This document shows positions 38,708 to 48,485 of a stretch of DNA of 64,000 nt, one piece after another. The notes beneath the pieces are model-generated. The model did not search any database. It was not told the DNA's origin and saw nothing but the letters and a program-made list of their open reading frames with translations. Origin of the DNA: an uncultured Gemmatimonadaceae bacterium (GTDB lineage: Bacteria; Gemmatimonadota; Gemmatimonadetes; Longimicrobiales; Gaopeijiaceae). Each line of letters begins with the position of its first letter. Positions within the stretch are counted from its first letter, which is position 1. The stretch covers positions 40,254 to 104,253 of the forward strand of contig CAZFRU010000009.1 of assembly GCA_964521385.1 (NCBI GenBank), given 5' to 3'. The position numbers and the translations under genes are program-made.

Positions 38708-40275
38708 CCGGCCGGAACCCGCAGGATCGGATAGGTGCCCTCGTGGATGTACCGATCGAGCAACCCCCAATTGGCCAGCCCGTCGTCGGAGCGGGGCTCG
38801 AGCAGATAGAAGACCAGACGCCCCAGCGGTTGCGCGACGTCGACCTGTACGGTGCCGGCGGGAAGCGACCGTGAGGCCGTCGTCCAGCGGCCGTGCAACT
38901 CGACCTCGTTGTGTCCCTGGAACTCCCGCTCGGACACCGTCGACGAATCGACGACGAACACCTCGACGGGCTCGGTGCGCTCGGCCGCAAGGGTCGTGGT
39001 GGTCACTCCATGGGCCGCCAGGCGATCGAGCGCCGGGACCACCTCGGCCGGCACGTAGTACCGCACCGGCGCCGTCTCCGTATCGGTGGCCGCAAAGGTG
39101 CCGTACTCGCGCATCAATGTGGGCGTCAGCACATCGACCCGCCGCAGGATCGTGGCTCCGGACCAGGGATTGCGCTCCTCCACCACCTCACCCAGGAGAA
39201 TGGTCGACAGGGTGTCGGCCGCAGCGAAGGTGGCCCGGGTCGGCAGGGTAGAGCCCACGACCGATGCGTCGGCTGCTTTCACCGCCGCGCGGATCGCGTC
39301 GGCGTCGGCGGCTGCCCAATCGAGAATCGACTCGACCAACCAGAGCGAGGCCTTCACCCGGTCTTCGAAGGTGGCGTAGGCGTAGGCTTCACCGAGAATG
39401 GCGAGTCGATTGCGGAGTCCGATGTAGTTGTTGTTGAAACGGGGCCGGTGGTCGAAGGTGTACCAGCCCATCTCGCCGTCCGGCGTACGTTGGGTGTTGC
39501 CGTAGTAGTAGAAGTGCCATCCATGCTCCGCCTCGACCTGGGCCGTGATGCGCGGCAGCCCTTCGTTGCGCAGCAGATCGACCACCGACGCGGGCGCACC
39601 GGGATGCAGCGGCGGCGAATAGGTGAGGTGGTAGCCGATGCGGGATCCGTCGGTCGTGTGGAGGTCGACCGAGAGATGCGGATCGTAGCGGTTCATCATC
39701 CCCACCACCGACCGTGCTTCGGGAGAATCGAGCTTCATGTGGTCACGGTTCAAATCGAGCCCCATGGCGTTGGGACGCTGCCCCATACCGCCCAGGGGTC
39801 CGTGCTGACGCGGACGATTGGTGAGCGTCACACGCTCGTTGCCGTCGGCGTTGTAGAGCGGCGTCACGAGCAGCACCAGGTCGTCGGTCCACGCGGGGGC
39901 GGTGCCGTTGGCGAGATCCCGTACCAGCATCTGCAGCGCTTCCTTGCCGGGCACCTCACCGCCGTGGATGTTGCCCTGCAGATAGACGCGCACCTTACCC
40001 GTGGCACGCACCGCGGCGGGCGACGGATCCGGCGCCCCGATGACCAGCATCGGGATCGAGCGCCCCTCTTGCGTATACCCCATCGACACGAGGTGCATGT
40101 CGGTGCGCCGTGAAGCGACCGTCTCGAGAAACGCCATCACGTCGGCGTAGCGGCTCGTCTCGATGTACCCGGTGGCTTCGGCCCGCGTGGGAAGGGTGGT
40201 GGCGTCGAGCACGGACTGCGCCTGCGCCGAAGTCGCCGTCAGGAGGGCAAGGGCCGCAATGAGGTGGAACCGCAT
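38704..40275 (-). CDS. M14 family zinc carboxypeptidase, exported
   Basis: IHGGE, NADG, DLNRD, DLHTTDG; signal peptide. Confidence 0.88.
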   Translation of the reverse strand: MRFHLIAALALLTATSAQAQSVLDATTLPTRAEATGYIETSRYADVMAFLETVASRRTDMHLVSMGYTQEGRSIPMLVIGAPDPSPAAVRATGKVRVYLQGNIHGGEVPGKEALQMLVRDLANGTAPAWTDDLVLLVTPLYNADGNERVTLTNRPRQHGPLGGMGQRPNAMGLDLNRDHMKLDSPEARSVVGMMNRYDPHLSVDLHTTDGSRIGYHLTYSPPLHPGAPASVVDLLRNEGLPRITAQVEAEHGWHFYYYGNTQRTPDGEMGWYTFDHRPRFNNNYIGLRNRLAILGEAYAYATFEDRVKASLWLVESILDWAAADADAIRAAVKAADASVVGSTLPTRATFAAADTLSTILLGEVVEERNPWSGATILRRVDVLTPTLMREYGTFAATDTETAPVRYYVPAEVVPALDRLAAHGVTTTTLAAERTEPVEVFVVDSSTVSEREFQGHNEVELHGRWTTASRSLPAGTVQVDVAQPLGRLVFYLLEPRSDDGLANWGLLDRYIHEGTYPILRVPAG

Positions 40276-40349
40276 GGAAACTCCGGAATGGGGACTGGAT
40301 CGGACCCTGCGAATCGACGGGGCGAAGGTAGCCTCGGGGGTCCGGTCCG

Positions 40350-41657
40350 TCACGGGGTCTGCCGGAGCGCCTCCAGAAGCGCGGTGAGTTCTGCGGCCGG
40401 GAGTGGCCCATCGAGCGCGGCCCAGCCACCGCTCACCTCACGCACCGCCCGTGCCCAACCGGGCGCCGCCCCCTCGAGGTCGACCGGCGGCTCGAGGACC
40501 GGCTCGTCGCCGCCCACCGGCCGACCCGCCACCCGCAGTTCGACTCGTCGCCCGTCGGCCAGGCGCTGCAGTACCACCAGTCCTTCCTGGCCCGGCCACA
40601 CCTCCCTCCAGCGAATCTCGTCGATGGTGAGCCCGGGCAGCGCCAACGCGAGGCCGGCCGGGGCGTCGGCGTCGGGTCGTTGGAGGTCGGTCGGGGCGAT
40701 GTCACGCGGGGGCGCCGAGAGATCCAGGGGTGCACCCGCGCTCGTGACCCGCGATCGCTGCTGCTGCGCGAGCTGCTCGCGTGTTCGTGCGAGGGCGGCG
40801 GCGGTCCCCGTGCGCTCCGAGCGGAGCGCGGTCTCGCCGCCACGACCCGCCACGGTGTCCAGCACGTCGAGCGTGCGCTGCAAGAGCGTCGAATCGACGG
40901 CCACCAGCGGCTCGCGCTGGGCAAGCAAGGCATTGGTATCGGGCTCGGTCGCAGGATCGGCCTTGGCTGCGGCGGGCGGGGCATCGTCGACCCGCCCGGG
41001 CTCGCTCACGGCCGCAGCCGGGGGTGCCGGAAGCGGCTCGGCAGCCAGCGGGGGCGCGGCGACCCGCTCCCGGGCGGCGGTGGGCAACGCAGCCGCCTGC
41101 TCTGCGAGGGGCGCGGTCTCGACCGACGTCGTCTCGTCGACCGACCGCTCGTCACGACGGGCATCGGCTTCGGACTCGATCCCGGCGGCCGCCTGCTCCG
41201 AGAGGGGCGTGGCCTGGACCGCCGACGCGTCGCCTGCGGCCCGCCCCGCTTCAGGCAGCGAAGCCGAAGGACCCACGACCCCGATTCCGTAGCCGACGCC
41301 GAGCGAGAGCACCACGGTAGCGGCCCACCCGAGCGCCGGCGCGAGCGTCCGGCGACGCCCCACGCCCCCCGCCCAGCCCACTACAACACCACCGGCCACC
41401 ACCCGCAGATCCACCAAACACGGCAACGACACCCCCGCCAGCGGATCGTCGGCCCCGAGAATCGCCTCAGCCCGGTCGCGCACGGCCGACTCGACGGCCA
41501 GGCGGTCCCGACAGGCGCGACACCGATCCAGATGCGCCCGCACCTCGCGCTGGCGACCGTCGTCCAGCAGGTCGAGGGCGCCGTCGAGATAGGTGTGCAG
41601 TTCGCCCTCGGAGAGGTGCGCCCCACCCACGGTGGGTGTTCTATCGTTCTGCGGCAT
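40350..41657 (-). CDS. Zinc-binding (zf-HC2) anti-sigma factor
   Basis: H..YLDG..HLDRCRAC, one TM helix, Ala/Pro-rich extracytoplasmic part. Confidence 0.82.
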   Translation of the reverse strand: MPQNDRTPTVGGAHLSEGELHTYLDGALDLLDDGRQREVRAHLDRCRACRDRLAVESAVRDRAEAILGADDPLAGVSLPCLVDLRVVAGGVVVGWAGGVGRRRTLAPALGWAATVVLSLGVGYGIGVVGPSASLPEAGRAAGDASAVQATPLSEQAAAGIESEADARRDERSVDETTSVETAPLAEQAAALPTAARERVAAPPLAAEPLPAPPAAAVSEPGRVDDAPPAAAKADPATEPDTNALLAQREPLVAVDSTLLQRTLDVLDTVAGRGGETALRSERTGTAAALARTREQLAQQQRSRVTSAGAPLDLSAPPRDIAPTDLQRPDADAPAGLALALPGLTIDEIRWREVWPGQEGLVVLQRLADGRRVELRVAGRPVGGDEPVLEPPVDLEGAAPGWARAVREVSGGWAALDGPLPAAELTALLEALRQTP

Positions 41658-42147
41658 GGTCGTGCTCCTCGATGTCGAACGCAGCCACGAGGCGTTTCCG
41701 CGCCCGGGCCAGAGTGGTGCCGACAGCGCTGGCCGCGAGGCCCGTGCGCTCGGCGATCTCCCCATAGTCCAGTCCCGCATCCCAGAGCAGCAGCACCTCG
41801 CGGTCCCGCTCGCCCACCCGCGCTAGCGCCGACCGGACCCGCGCCCGCTGCTCGGCCTGCGCGGTCGCCTCGAGCGGATCGGGCTGCGGATCCACCTCCG
41901 ATGCGCCCCCGGCGATCAGCGCGAGGTGATCGCGGCGCCGGATCACGGTGCGAGCCTCGTCACGGGCCAGATTGGCAGCCACGTGGAAGAGCCACGCCCG
42001 GGGATCGTCGGGCTCTTCACGCAGCGCCCGCACGAACGTCTCCTGGGCGAGGTCCCGGGCCCGCTCCGGATCCCACACCTTGCGGTGGAGGAACCGCACG
42101 AGGCCCGGGAAGGTCTCGCGATACACCGCCGTCCAATCGATGCTCAA
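41641..42147 (-). CDS. ECF RNA polymerase sigma factor
   Basis: DLAQETF, AWLFHVAAN, YGEIAERTG..VGTTLARAR; probable TTG start after GGAG. Confidence 0.9.
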   Translation of the reverse strand: MSIDWTAVYRETFPGLVRFLHRKVWDPERARDLAQETFVRALREEPDDPRAWLFHVAANLARDEARTVIRRRDHLALIAGGASEVDPQPDPLEATAQAEQRARVRSALARVGERDREVLLLWDAGLDYGEIAERTGLAASAVGTTLARARKRLVAAFDIEEHDHAAER

Positions 42148-42184
42148 CTCCCGCTCCCGTAGAACTCGGCATGAAAAGGGCGTG

Positions 42185-44437
42185 TCAGTCGCCGGCCCCG
42201 AATGCGACCAGCACGCGGCGCTGATCTGTGGCACTGAGGGCCTCGGCGCCACCGTCGTCGATCCGTAGACGAAGACCGTCGCCGGCCAGCTCGATCCGTC
42301 CCGCCCGAAATGTCGCCTCCAGCGCCGGCAGTCGGGCCACCAGCGCAAACCACGCCTCGCCGTACGGCTTGACCCCGACCACGGGCAGCATCGAATCGAT
42401 GCCCGCTTCGATCCATACCCCATCCTGCAGGTGGAAGACACGTCCGGCCAGCACCCGCGTATCGACGGGGACTCCTTCCGCCGCCAGCTCGGCCAGCGCC
42501 TCGAGTTCCTGCGTCCGGCCCGCCGCGCGGAACCGGCGCGAACGCTCAGCCACCTTCACGGCCGGAGCACCCACTCCGCCCGCCACCGCCTGGCTCATGC
42601 GCCGGGCCTGGTCGGCCGGTGCCGCTGGGCGCGGCGGGCCGAGTGCGGCGTCGGCCACGATCATGTCGGGCTCCTGCACCAGCAAGCTGGTAAACGGACT
42701 GGGCAGACCATAGCGCAACGCCGTGGTGCGAATCTCTTCGACCAGGTCGGCGGTCTCACCCTCGGTCCACAGTTGACGTGTCAGATGCCCGAGCTTGCGC
42801 GCGGCCCAGAGCCGGGGCAACTCGGCGTTGGCCTGCTCCAGTCGCGGGAACCGCACGGTGGTGGTCACCCGCTGCACCCGCCCGTCGGCACGTCCCTCGA
42901 CCACCACCCGCCCCTCGCCCTCGCCCCGGTAGCGGGCCAGCAGGATGAGCGATTCGCCGGCGAAGACATCGGGAATGTGCACCGGGTACCAGTCCGAGAT
43001 CGCCACCGGCGACTCGACCACCCGTACGTCGGTGAAGACCGGTTGCGAGATGCGCGCGGCCAGCAGCGACACGGCTCGCTCGACGTCCTCGTGAGGCTCG
43101 ACATACTGGGTCGTGCCGCGCGTGGCCTCGGACAGGCGATCGAGCAGCCGGGTATTGACGTCGTTGCCGACCCCGAACGCGAAGACCCGAAACCGGCCCC
43201 GCTGGCCCTCGGCCTCGTTGGAGATGCGGTCCGGATCCCGCTCGCCGACCGTGGGCAGCCCGTCGGTCAGGAACACGACCACCGGCAACCGCTCCTGCCC
43301 CGGTGCGGTCTCGAACGCCGCAGCCAGGGCACCGGCGATGTTCGTGCCCCCGTCGGCCCGGAGATCACCGAGCCAACGGCGCGCGTCGGCGAGGGATCGG
43401 TCGTCCACACGCCGCCACTCGGTATCGAGCCGATTCACGCTGTTGCTGAAGGCCACCAGTCGATAGCGATCCTCGTCGTCGAGCCCAGCGAGCAACCCTT
43501 CGACGGCGCTGCGCGCCTGCTCCAGCTTCGTGCCCGCCATCGAGCCCGACACGTCGACCACCACCACCACGTCGCGCGCCTGCGACCGTGTGGTGGTCGC
43601 AGGAGGCGTCAGACTGAGCAACAGGTAGCCGTCGTCACCCGCAGGACGATGCGGGAGCACGGTGAGCCCCACGGCGTCTCCGCTGCGCGGCAGGAACACG
43701 GAGACCCGGCCTTCGGCAGCCGAGACACCAATGCGGAGCGTGTCCTGGTGACGGTCCACGTCGAGGGCGTGGCTCGGCGAAAACGGCTCGAGAAAGCTCG
43801 ACGCCGGTGTGACCCGCATGGTCAGATCGACCGGCGCCGGAGCCGCGGTGCGGGATTTGCCCCCGTCGCCGTGCGTGGCCATGGTCGGCCGCAACGCGCC
43901 CGGGGTGCGGAACTGCAGGCTCTGTCCTGCCGGCGTCAGGAGCTGACTGTAGCGCAGGGTTACACGGCGGCGTTCACCGGGTGCGATCGGGAAGACACGA
44001 GCCCGAAACAGCCCCTCACCCAGGTACTCCACCAGTGCGGGGTCAGCCATGCGGCGCACGATCTCTTCGTAGATCTTCCGGGCTTCGTCGGCATCCATCA
44101 CCTCACCCCGCAGCTCCGTTTCGCCCTGGTAGAGCGAGGCGCCCGACAGTGCCACGCCGGCCGGCAACGGATACAGGTAGTGTCCCTCGGCCACCCGTTC
44201 GCCCGAGTTGACGAACCACTCGTCGACCTCGACGGTGGCTATCGCGCCCTCGACGACGACCGAGACGCGACTTTCGACGCGCTCGACCGAGCCCATCCCG
44301 GGCCGAACCGGGTCGATCCATCCCTGCGTGCGCGCCTCGCCCGGCACGAGGGCCACGATGAGGCTCGCCGCCAGGGTGGCGGGCACGAGGTGGGTGGATC
44401 GATTCAACGCCCTGCGGGCAAGATTCGCGAAGACCAT
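42185..44437 (-). CDS. VIT + vWA domain exported protein
   Basis: VIT (EGHYLYPLP, YEEIVRR..DPALVE, RVFPI); MIDAS DVSGSM, GGTN, LTDG. Confidence 0.9.
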   Translation of the reverse strand: MVFANLARRALNRSTHLVPATLAASLIVALVPGEARTQGWIDPVRPGMGSVERVESRVSVVVEGAIATVEVDEWFVNSGERVAEGHYLYPLPAGVALSGASLYQGETELRGEVMDADEARKIYEEIVRRMADPALVEYLGEGLFRARVFPIAPGERRRVTLRYSQLLTPAGQSLQFRTPGALRPTMATHGDGGKSRTAAPAPVDLTMRVTPASSFLEPFSPSHALDVDRHQDTLRIGVSAAEGRVSVFLPRSGDAVGLTVLPHRPAGDDGYLLLSLTPPATTTRSQARDVVVVVDVSGSMAGTKLEQARSAVEGLLAGLDDEDRYRLVAFSNSVNRLDTEWRRVDDRSLADARRWLGDLRADGGTNIAGALAAAFETAPGQERLPVVVFLTDGLPTVGERDPDRISNEAEGQRGRFRVFAFGVGNDVNTRLLDRLSEATRGTTQYVEPHEDVERAVSLLAARISQPVFTDVRVVESPVAISDWYPVHIPDVFAGESLILLARYRGEGEGRVVVEGRADGRVQRVTTTVRFPRLEQANAELPRLWAARKLGHLTRQLWTEGETADLVEEIRTTALRYGLPSPFTSLLVQEPDMIVADAALGPPRPAAPADQARRMSQAVAGGVGAPAVKVAERSRRFRAAGRTQELEALAELAAEGVPVDTRVLAGRVFHLQDGVWIEAGIDSMLPVVGVKPYGEAWFALVARLPALEATFRAGRIELAGDGLRLRIDDGGAEALSATDQRRVLVAFGAGD

Positions 44438-44473
44438 CGGAGTTCTCCGGTTCGAGTGTCGGTGCTCGATCCG

Positions 44474-44501
44474 TATGACGCGCCACCTTCGACTTCTTGC
44501 A
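44474..44501 (-). promoter_or_regulatory. Putative ECF-type promoter of the VIT-vWA/sigma/anti-sigma operon
   Basis: TGCAAG-N15-CGTCATA on the minus strand. Confidence 0.4.
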
Positions 44502-44599
44502 CACACCAGCGAGAAAAGGGGCAGACCGGACGCGCCGGCCTGCCCCACCCCGTCACCCAGTCTCCCGGGCGACCCACCACCCCACACCACCCTCTGCGA

Positions 44600-45340
44600 T
44601 CAGATCTCCGAGCTCAGATCGAACCCCGCTTCTTCCAGTTCATGGGTCCGGCGGGCGTCGTCCTCGCTCACGATCTGTCCGTCGAACAGATGCACCGCGC
44701 GGTCGGCCACGTGGGCGTAGCGCGGGTCGTGTGTAACCATGCAGATGGTGGCCCCTTCGAGATGCAGTTCCTTCAGGAGTCCCATCACCGCATTGCCGTT
44801 CTTCGAATCCAGGTTTCCCGTGGGCTCGTCGGCCAGGAGGATCAGCGGCTTGCCCACGATGGCCCGCGCCACGGCGACCCGCTGCTGTTGCCCCCCCGAG
44901 AGCTGGCTCGGGTAATGGCCCATGCGATGGGCCATGCCGACGCGCTCGAGGGCCGACTGAACCCGTTCCTTGCGCTCCGACCCGGGCATGCCCCGATAGG
45001 TCAGCGGCAACTCGACGTTCTCGTAGACCGTGAGGTCGCCGATGAGGTTGAAGGCCTGGAAGATGAACCCGATGGCCTGATTGCGGATCTTGGCCCGCTG
45101 GCTCGCGCTCAGCGTTTCGACCGGCTCGCCGTCGAGCAGATACTTGCCGCCCGTGGGCGAGTCCAGCAGGCCCAGGATCGAGAGCATCGTGGTCTTGCCA
45201 CACCCTGACGGACCCGCGATCGAGACGAACTCGCCGCTCTGGATGTCCAGATTGACCCCCGACAGCGCGTGGGTCTCGACCTCTTCGGTATAAAACACCT
45301 TGGAGAGGTCGCGCAGGTGGATCAGGGGTTGGTCGCTCAT
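44600..45340 (-). CDS. ABC transporter ATP-binding protein (LolD/MacB type)
   Basis: [30 protein letters not shown]. Confidence 0.93.
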   Translation of the reverse strand: MSDQPLIHLRDLSKVFYTEEVETHALSGVNLDIQSGEFVSIAGPSGCGKTTMLSILGLLDSPTGGKYLLDGEPVETLSASQRAKIRNQAIGFIFQAFNLIGDLTVYENVELPLTYRGMPGSERKERVQSALERVGMAHRMGHYPSQLSGGQQQRVAVARAIVGKPLILLADEPTGNLDSKNGNAVMGLLKELHLEGATICMVTHDPRYAHVADRAVHLFDGQIVSEDDARRTHELEEAGFDLSSEI

Positions 45341-45397
45341 GTGCTTCTCGTCTCCGGGACTCGCGGGAGGGGTCGTGATCGTCCGTGCCACTTTTGT

Positions 45398-45427
45398 TCA
45401 GACGACGGGAGGACCGAAAAAGTTGCA
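45398..45427 (-). promoter_or_regulatory. Putative ECF (sigmaE-like) promoter of the ABC ATPase
   Basis: TGCAACTT...GTCTGA, i.e. TGCAAC-N17-CGTCT. Confidence 0.55.
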
Positions 45428-45443
45428 GACGGGGGGGAGAGGA

Positions 45444-45582
45444 GGGCCGGAGGCGTCGGGGACGCCCTTCGGGGACGGTGCTGGGCTCCGCTTCCGTTTG
45501 CGAGCCCTGCGGTGGTTGGGTCCAGGCCGCACGTTGCTCCTGCCCAGGTGTCCCCTGCGGGCGTCCCCGACGCCTCCGGCCC
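45444..45582. repeat. Long inverted-repeat / structured intergenic element
   Basis: 33-nt arms at 45444-45476 and 45550-45582 (outer 24 bp perfect); 73-nt interior with two sub-hairpins. Confidence 0.8.
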
Positions 45583-45714
45583 ACGGGATGAGGTGGGGTT
45601 GTCGTACCGAAGACCGTGCTGGAACCCGCCGGGCGGGCCGCTGTCTTCGCGGCGCATTGGGCTTAGCTTTCCCGGTCGAACGCTTTTTCGTCTTTCCACC
45701 CACCCGAACGCGAC

Positions 45715-46485
45715 ATGGACTGGATCACTCGCCCCGACGCCTGGATCGCCTTTGCGACGTTGACGGTGCTCGAGCTCGTGCTCGGCATCGACAACATCGT
45801 CTTCATATCGATCCTCTCGGAAAAGGTCCGCGTGGAGCACCAGAAGGCAGCGCGCACCGTGGGGCTCGCGGTGGCCATGGTGACCCGTATCTTGCTGCTC
45901 TTCTCGATCACCTGGGTGATGTCGCTGACGCGGCCGCTCTTCGAGGTGGTGGGCCACCCCATCGCCGGGCGCGACATCATCTTGATCGTCGGGGGACTCT
46001 TCCTGCTGACCAAATCGACCCGGGAGATCCACGACAAGCTCGAGGGCGAAGAGCAGGCGCACGGCCACGGCGGGACCGCGACCTTCCGCTCCGTGATCAT
46101 CCAGATCGCGATTCTCGACCTGGTGTTCTCGCTCGATTCGGTCATCACCGCCGTGGGGATGGCCGACGACCTGGGGGTGATGGTCTCGGCCGTGGTGGTG
46201 TCGGTGCTCTTCATGATGTGGGCCGCCGAGCCCGTGAGCAGCTTCGTGGGCCGGCACCCGACCGTGAAGATGCTCGCGCTCAGCTTTCTGTTGCTCATCG
46301 GCATGACGCTGGTGGCCGAGGGACTCGGCCAGCACTTCAGCAAGGCCTACATCTACTTCGCCATGGGCTTCTCGATCTTCGTCGAGTCGCTCAACCTGCG
46401 CCTGAAGAAGGACGCTCGCGACCCCGTACAGCTCCGCGGGGCGACGCTACCGGGGGCCGACGCACCCGCACAGACAGCCGAATAG
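45715..46485 (+). CDS. TerC family membrane protein
   Basis: LELVLGIDNIVFI, DLVFSLDSVITAVG, HPTVKMLAL. Confidence 0.93.
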   Translation: MDWITRPDAWIAFATLTVLELVLGIDNIVFISILSEKVRVEHQKAARTVGLAVAMVTRILLLFSITWVMSLTRPLFEVVGHPIAGRDIILIVGGLFLLTKSTREIHDKLEGEEQAHGHGGTATFRSVIIQIAILDLVFSLDSVITAVGMADDLGVMVSAVVVSVLFMMWAAEPVSSFVGRHPTVKMLALSFLLLIGMTLVAEGLGQHFSKAYIYFAMGFSIFVESLNLRLKKDARDPVQLRGATLPGADAPAQTAE

Positions 46486-46489
46486 CCGA

Positions 46490-46523
46490 CGGGCGCCGCC
46501 CCCCGATGAGGGAGCGGCGCCCG
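46490..46523. terminator. GC hairpin between convergent genes
   Basis: cgggcgccgc...gcggcgcccg stem; no U-tract. Confidence 0.45.
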
Positions 46524-46549
46524 CCGATGAATCCGGAAACGGATTCGAA

Positions 46550-47128
46550 CTACATGGCACCCAGCACGCCCGCTTCACCCTCGGCGGAAACGACGAAGTG
46601 CAGCCACATGCCACTCACGGCATGGCCCGGCACATAGCAGACGAGCGAGTACTCACCGGCCTCGCTGGCTACGAACGACACGACGGTCGACTGCCCCGGC
46701 ATGGTGGATTCGGTCATCGAGGTGGGGTTGGGCGAGATCGCGCCCGGAAACACCGGCGTCGCATCGATCATGGCCGGCGGCGTCGTGAATCCCGCCGACA
46801 CACCGATGGAGTGCGCCATGTTCGGGTCACTGTTCGAGAAGTTGATGGTGACGTTGGCCCCGACCGGCACGGTGATGGTCATCTCACCGTGCTGGGCACC
46901 GTTGTAGTTCCAGTAGTTGCCCTTGTCGGTCTGGCCGGCAACGATGTCGAGTTCGATCTGGTCGCCGTTCTGGCGGTACCAGCTCGGCATGGACATGGTG
47001 CCCGCGGGAGCGGCGGCTTCAGCCGGTGCGGCGGTCTGGGTAGCCGGGGCACCCGTCTCGGCAGAATCGGACCCGCCACAGGCGGTGAGGCCCAGGAACA
47101 GAGCGGTGGAAAAAGCAAAACGCTTCAT
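46550..47128 (-). CDS. Sulfocyanin/rusticyanin-like blue copper lipoprotein
   Basis: Lipobox LTAC; type-1 Cu ligands H (MAHS) and C-YVPG-H-AVSG-M. Confidence 0.85.
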   Translation of the reverse strand: MKRFAFSTALFLGLTACGGSDSAETGAPATQTAAPAEAAAPAGTMSMPSWYRQNGDQIELDIVAGQTDKGNYWNYNGAQHGEMTITVPVGANVTINFSNSDPNMAHSIGVSAGFTTPPAMIDATPVFPGAISPNPTSMTESTMPGQSTVVSFVASEAGEYSLVCYVPGHAVSGMWLHFVVSAEGEAGVLGAM

Positions 47129-47228
47129 GGTCGATGTGTCCTTGATACGATGACGGTGGCACTGGATCGGCCTGTCGGACCGATGCCGGGCGGGATCGCC
47201 CGGAGGCGCCCCGAATGCGGAATCCCAA

Positions 47229-47251
47229 GCTTGTCAAGATAATTGACAAGC
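47229..47251. promoter_or_regulatory. Palindromic operator-like site upstream of the cupredoxin gene
   Basis: GCTTGTCAA-GATAA-TTGACAAGC; perfect 9-bp arms, AT-rich against a GC-rich background. Confidence 0.6.
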
Positions 47252-47281
47252 ACCGGATGATGAAGGGTACGCCCGGGACGG

Positions 47282-48463
47282 TCAAGACGAATAGTACGAG
47301 GCGTTCTCGTCGATGTAGCCGTGTGAGAGGTCGCACCCCCAGGCACGTGACTCGCCCGAGCCCACTCCGAGATCGACGTGGAGGTCGACCGGATCATCGA
47401 GCAGAAGCCGCCGCACCGCCGCCTCGTCGAAGTCTGCTCGTCGCCCGTCGCCGAAGATCTCCACCGGCCCGACGCGAGCCCGCACCCGCTCCGGTTCGAC
47501 GCGCACGTCGACACACTTGCCCACCGCCATCAGGATCCGGCCGACGTTGGGATCGCCGCCGTGCACCATGGTCTTGATGAGGGGGGACTCGACCAATGAC
47601 CGCGCCACCGTGCGCGCCTCCGCAGAGGTCGCGGCGCCCGTGACCTGGATGCGCAGCAGTCGGGTGGCGCCCTCCCCGTCTCGGGCGAGCATCTCGGTCA
47701 TACGCGTACAGAGGTGCAAGAGCGCCTCTTCGAACAGCCCGCCCTCGACCGGGCCTGCGTGCCCGTTGGCCAGAATCGCGCAGGTATCCGAGGTGCTGGT
47801 GTCGGTATCGACCGAAAGCATGTTGAAGGTGCGATCCGCCACCCGCCGGAGCACGGCGTCGAGGGGGCGTGCCTCGATTTCGGCATCGGTGAAGAGGTAG
47901 GCCAGCATCGTGGCCATGTTGGGGGCGACCATGCCGGCGCCCTTGGCCACGATGGTGAGGGTGACCGCAACGTCGTCGAGCCCGCGGATCTCGCACGAGA
48001 GCGCCTTGGGGTGGGTGTCGGTGGTCATGATGCCCCGCGCACCCACCAGGGGATCGGCCTGGAGCCGAGCCGCCAGCCCCACGACGCCCGACTCGATCTT
48101 GTCGATGGGCAGAGGCACACCGATCACCCCCGTCGAGCTCATGAGCACGAGGTCGGCGGCGATTTCCAGCTCGCGGGCGGCGGCCGCACCCATGCGTCGG
48201 GCCGCTGCGATGCCGGGCGCGCCCGTTCCGACGTTGCTGACCCGCGAGTTGACCACCACGGCCTGGAGCCGCCCCCCCTTCAAGAGCTCGCGACCCACGA
48301 TGATGGGCGCCCCCGGAAAGTGGTTGCGCGTGAACACGGCGGCGGCCGTGCACGGCACGTCGGAGGCGAAGAGGGCGAGGTCGTCGCCCTGCGTCTTGAT
48401 GCCGCAGTGGGTGGCAACGCAGCGAAAGCCGCGGGGAAAGCGGGGTTCGGTGTGATCCTTCAT
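47282..48463 (-). CDS. argJ: Ornithine acetyltransferase / N-acetylglutamate synthase
   Basis: STGVIG, IMTTDT, KGAGMVAPNMATML (autocleavage site), DTSTSD, RDGEGAT, DPNVGR. Confidence 0.93.
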   Translation of the reverse strand: MKDHTEPRFPRGFRCVATHCGIKTQGDDLALFASDVPCTAAAVFTRNHFPGAPIIVGRELLKGGRLQAVVVNSRVSNVGTGAPGIAAARRMGAAAARELEIAADLVLMSSTGVIGVPLPIDKIESGVVGLAARLQADPLVGARGIMTTDTHPKALSCEIRGLDDVAVTLTIVAKGAGMVAPNMATMLAYLFTDAEIEARPLDAVLRRVADRTFNMLSVDTDTSTSDTCAILANGHAGPVEGGLFEEALLHLCTRMTEMLARDGEGATRLLRIQVTGAATSAEARTVARSLVESPLIKTMVHGGDPNVGRILMAVGKCVDVRVEPERVRARVGPVEIFGDGRRADFDEAAVRRLLLDDPVDLHVDLGVGSGESRAWGCDLSHGYIDENASYYSS

Positions 48464-48485
48464 GACGTCTGCCCGGGTATGGGAA

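Noticed and set aside
45444..45582. 6S, SRP or c-di-GMP riboswitch identity for the foldback element
   Set aside because: Only superficial fragments match; kept as an unassigned element.
45583..45714. yybP-ykoY Mn riboswitch expected upstream of terC
   Set aside because: Conserved riboswitch sequence elements not recognised by eye; a covariance-model search would be needed.
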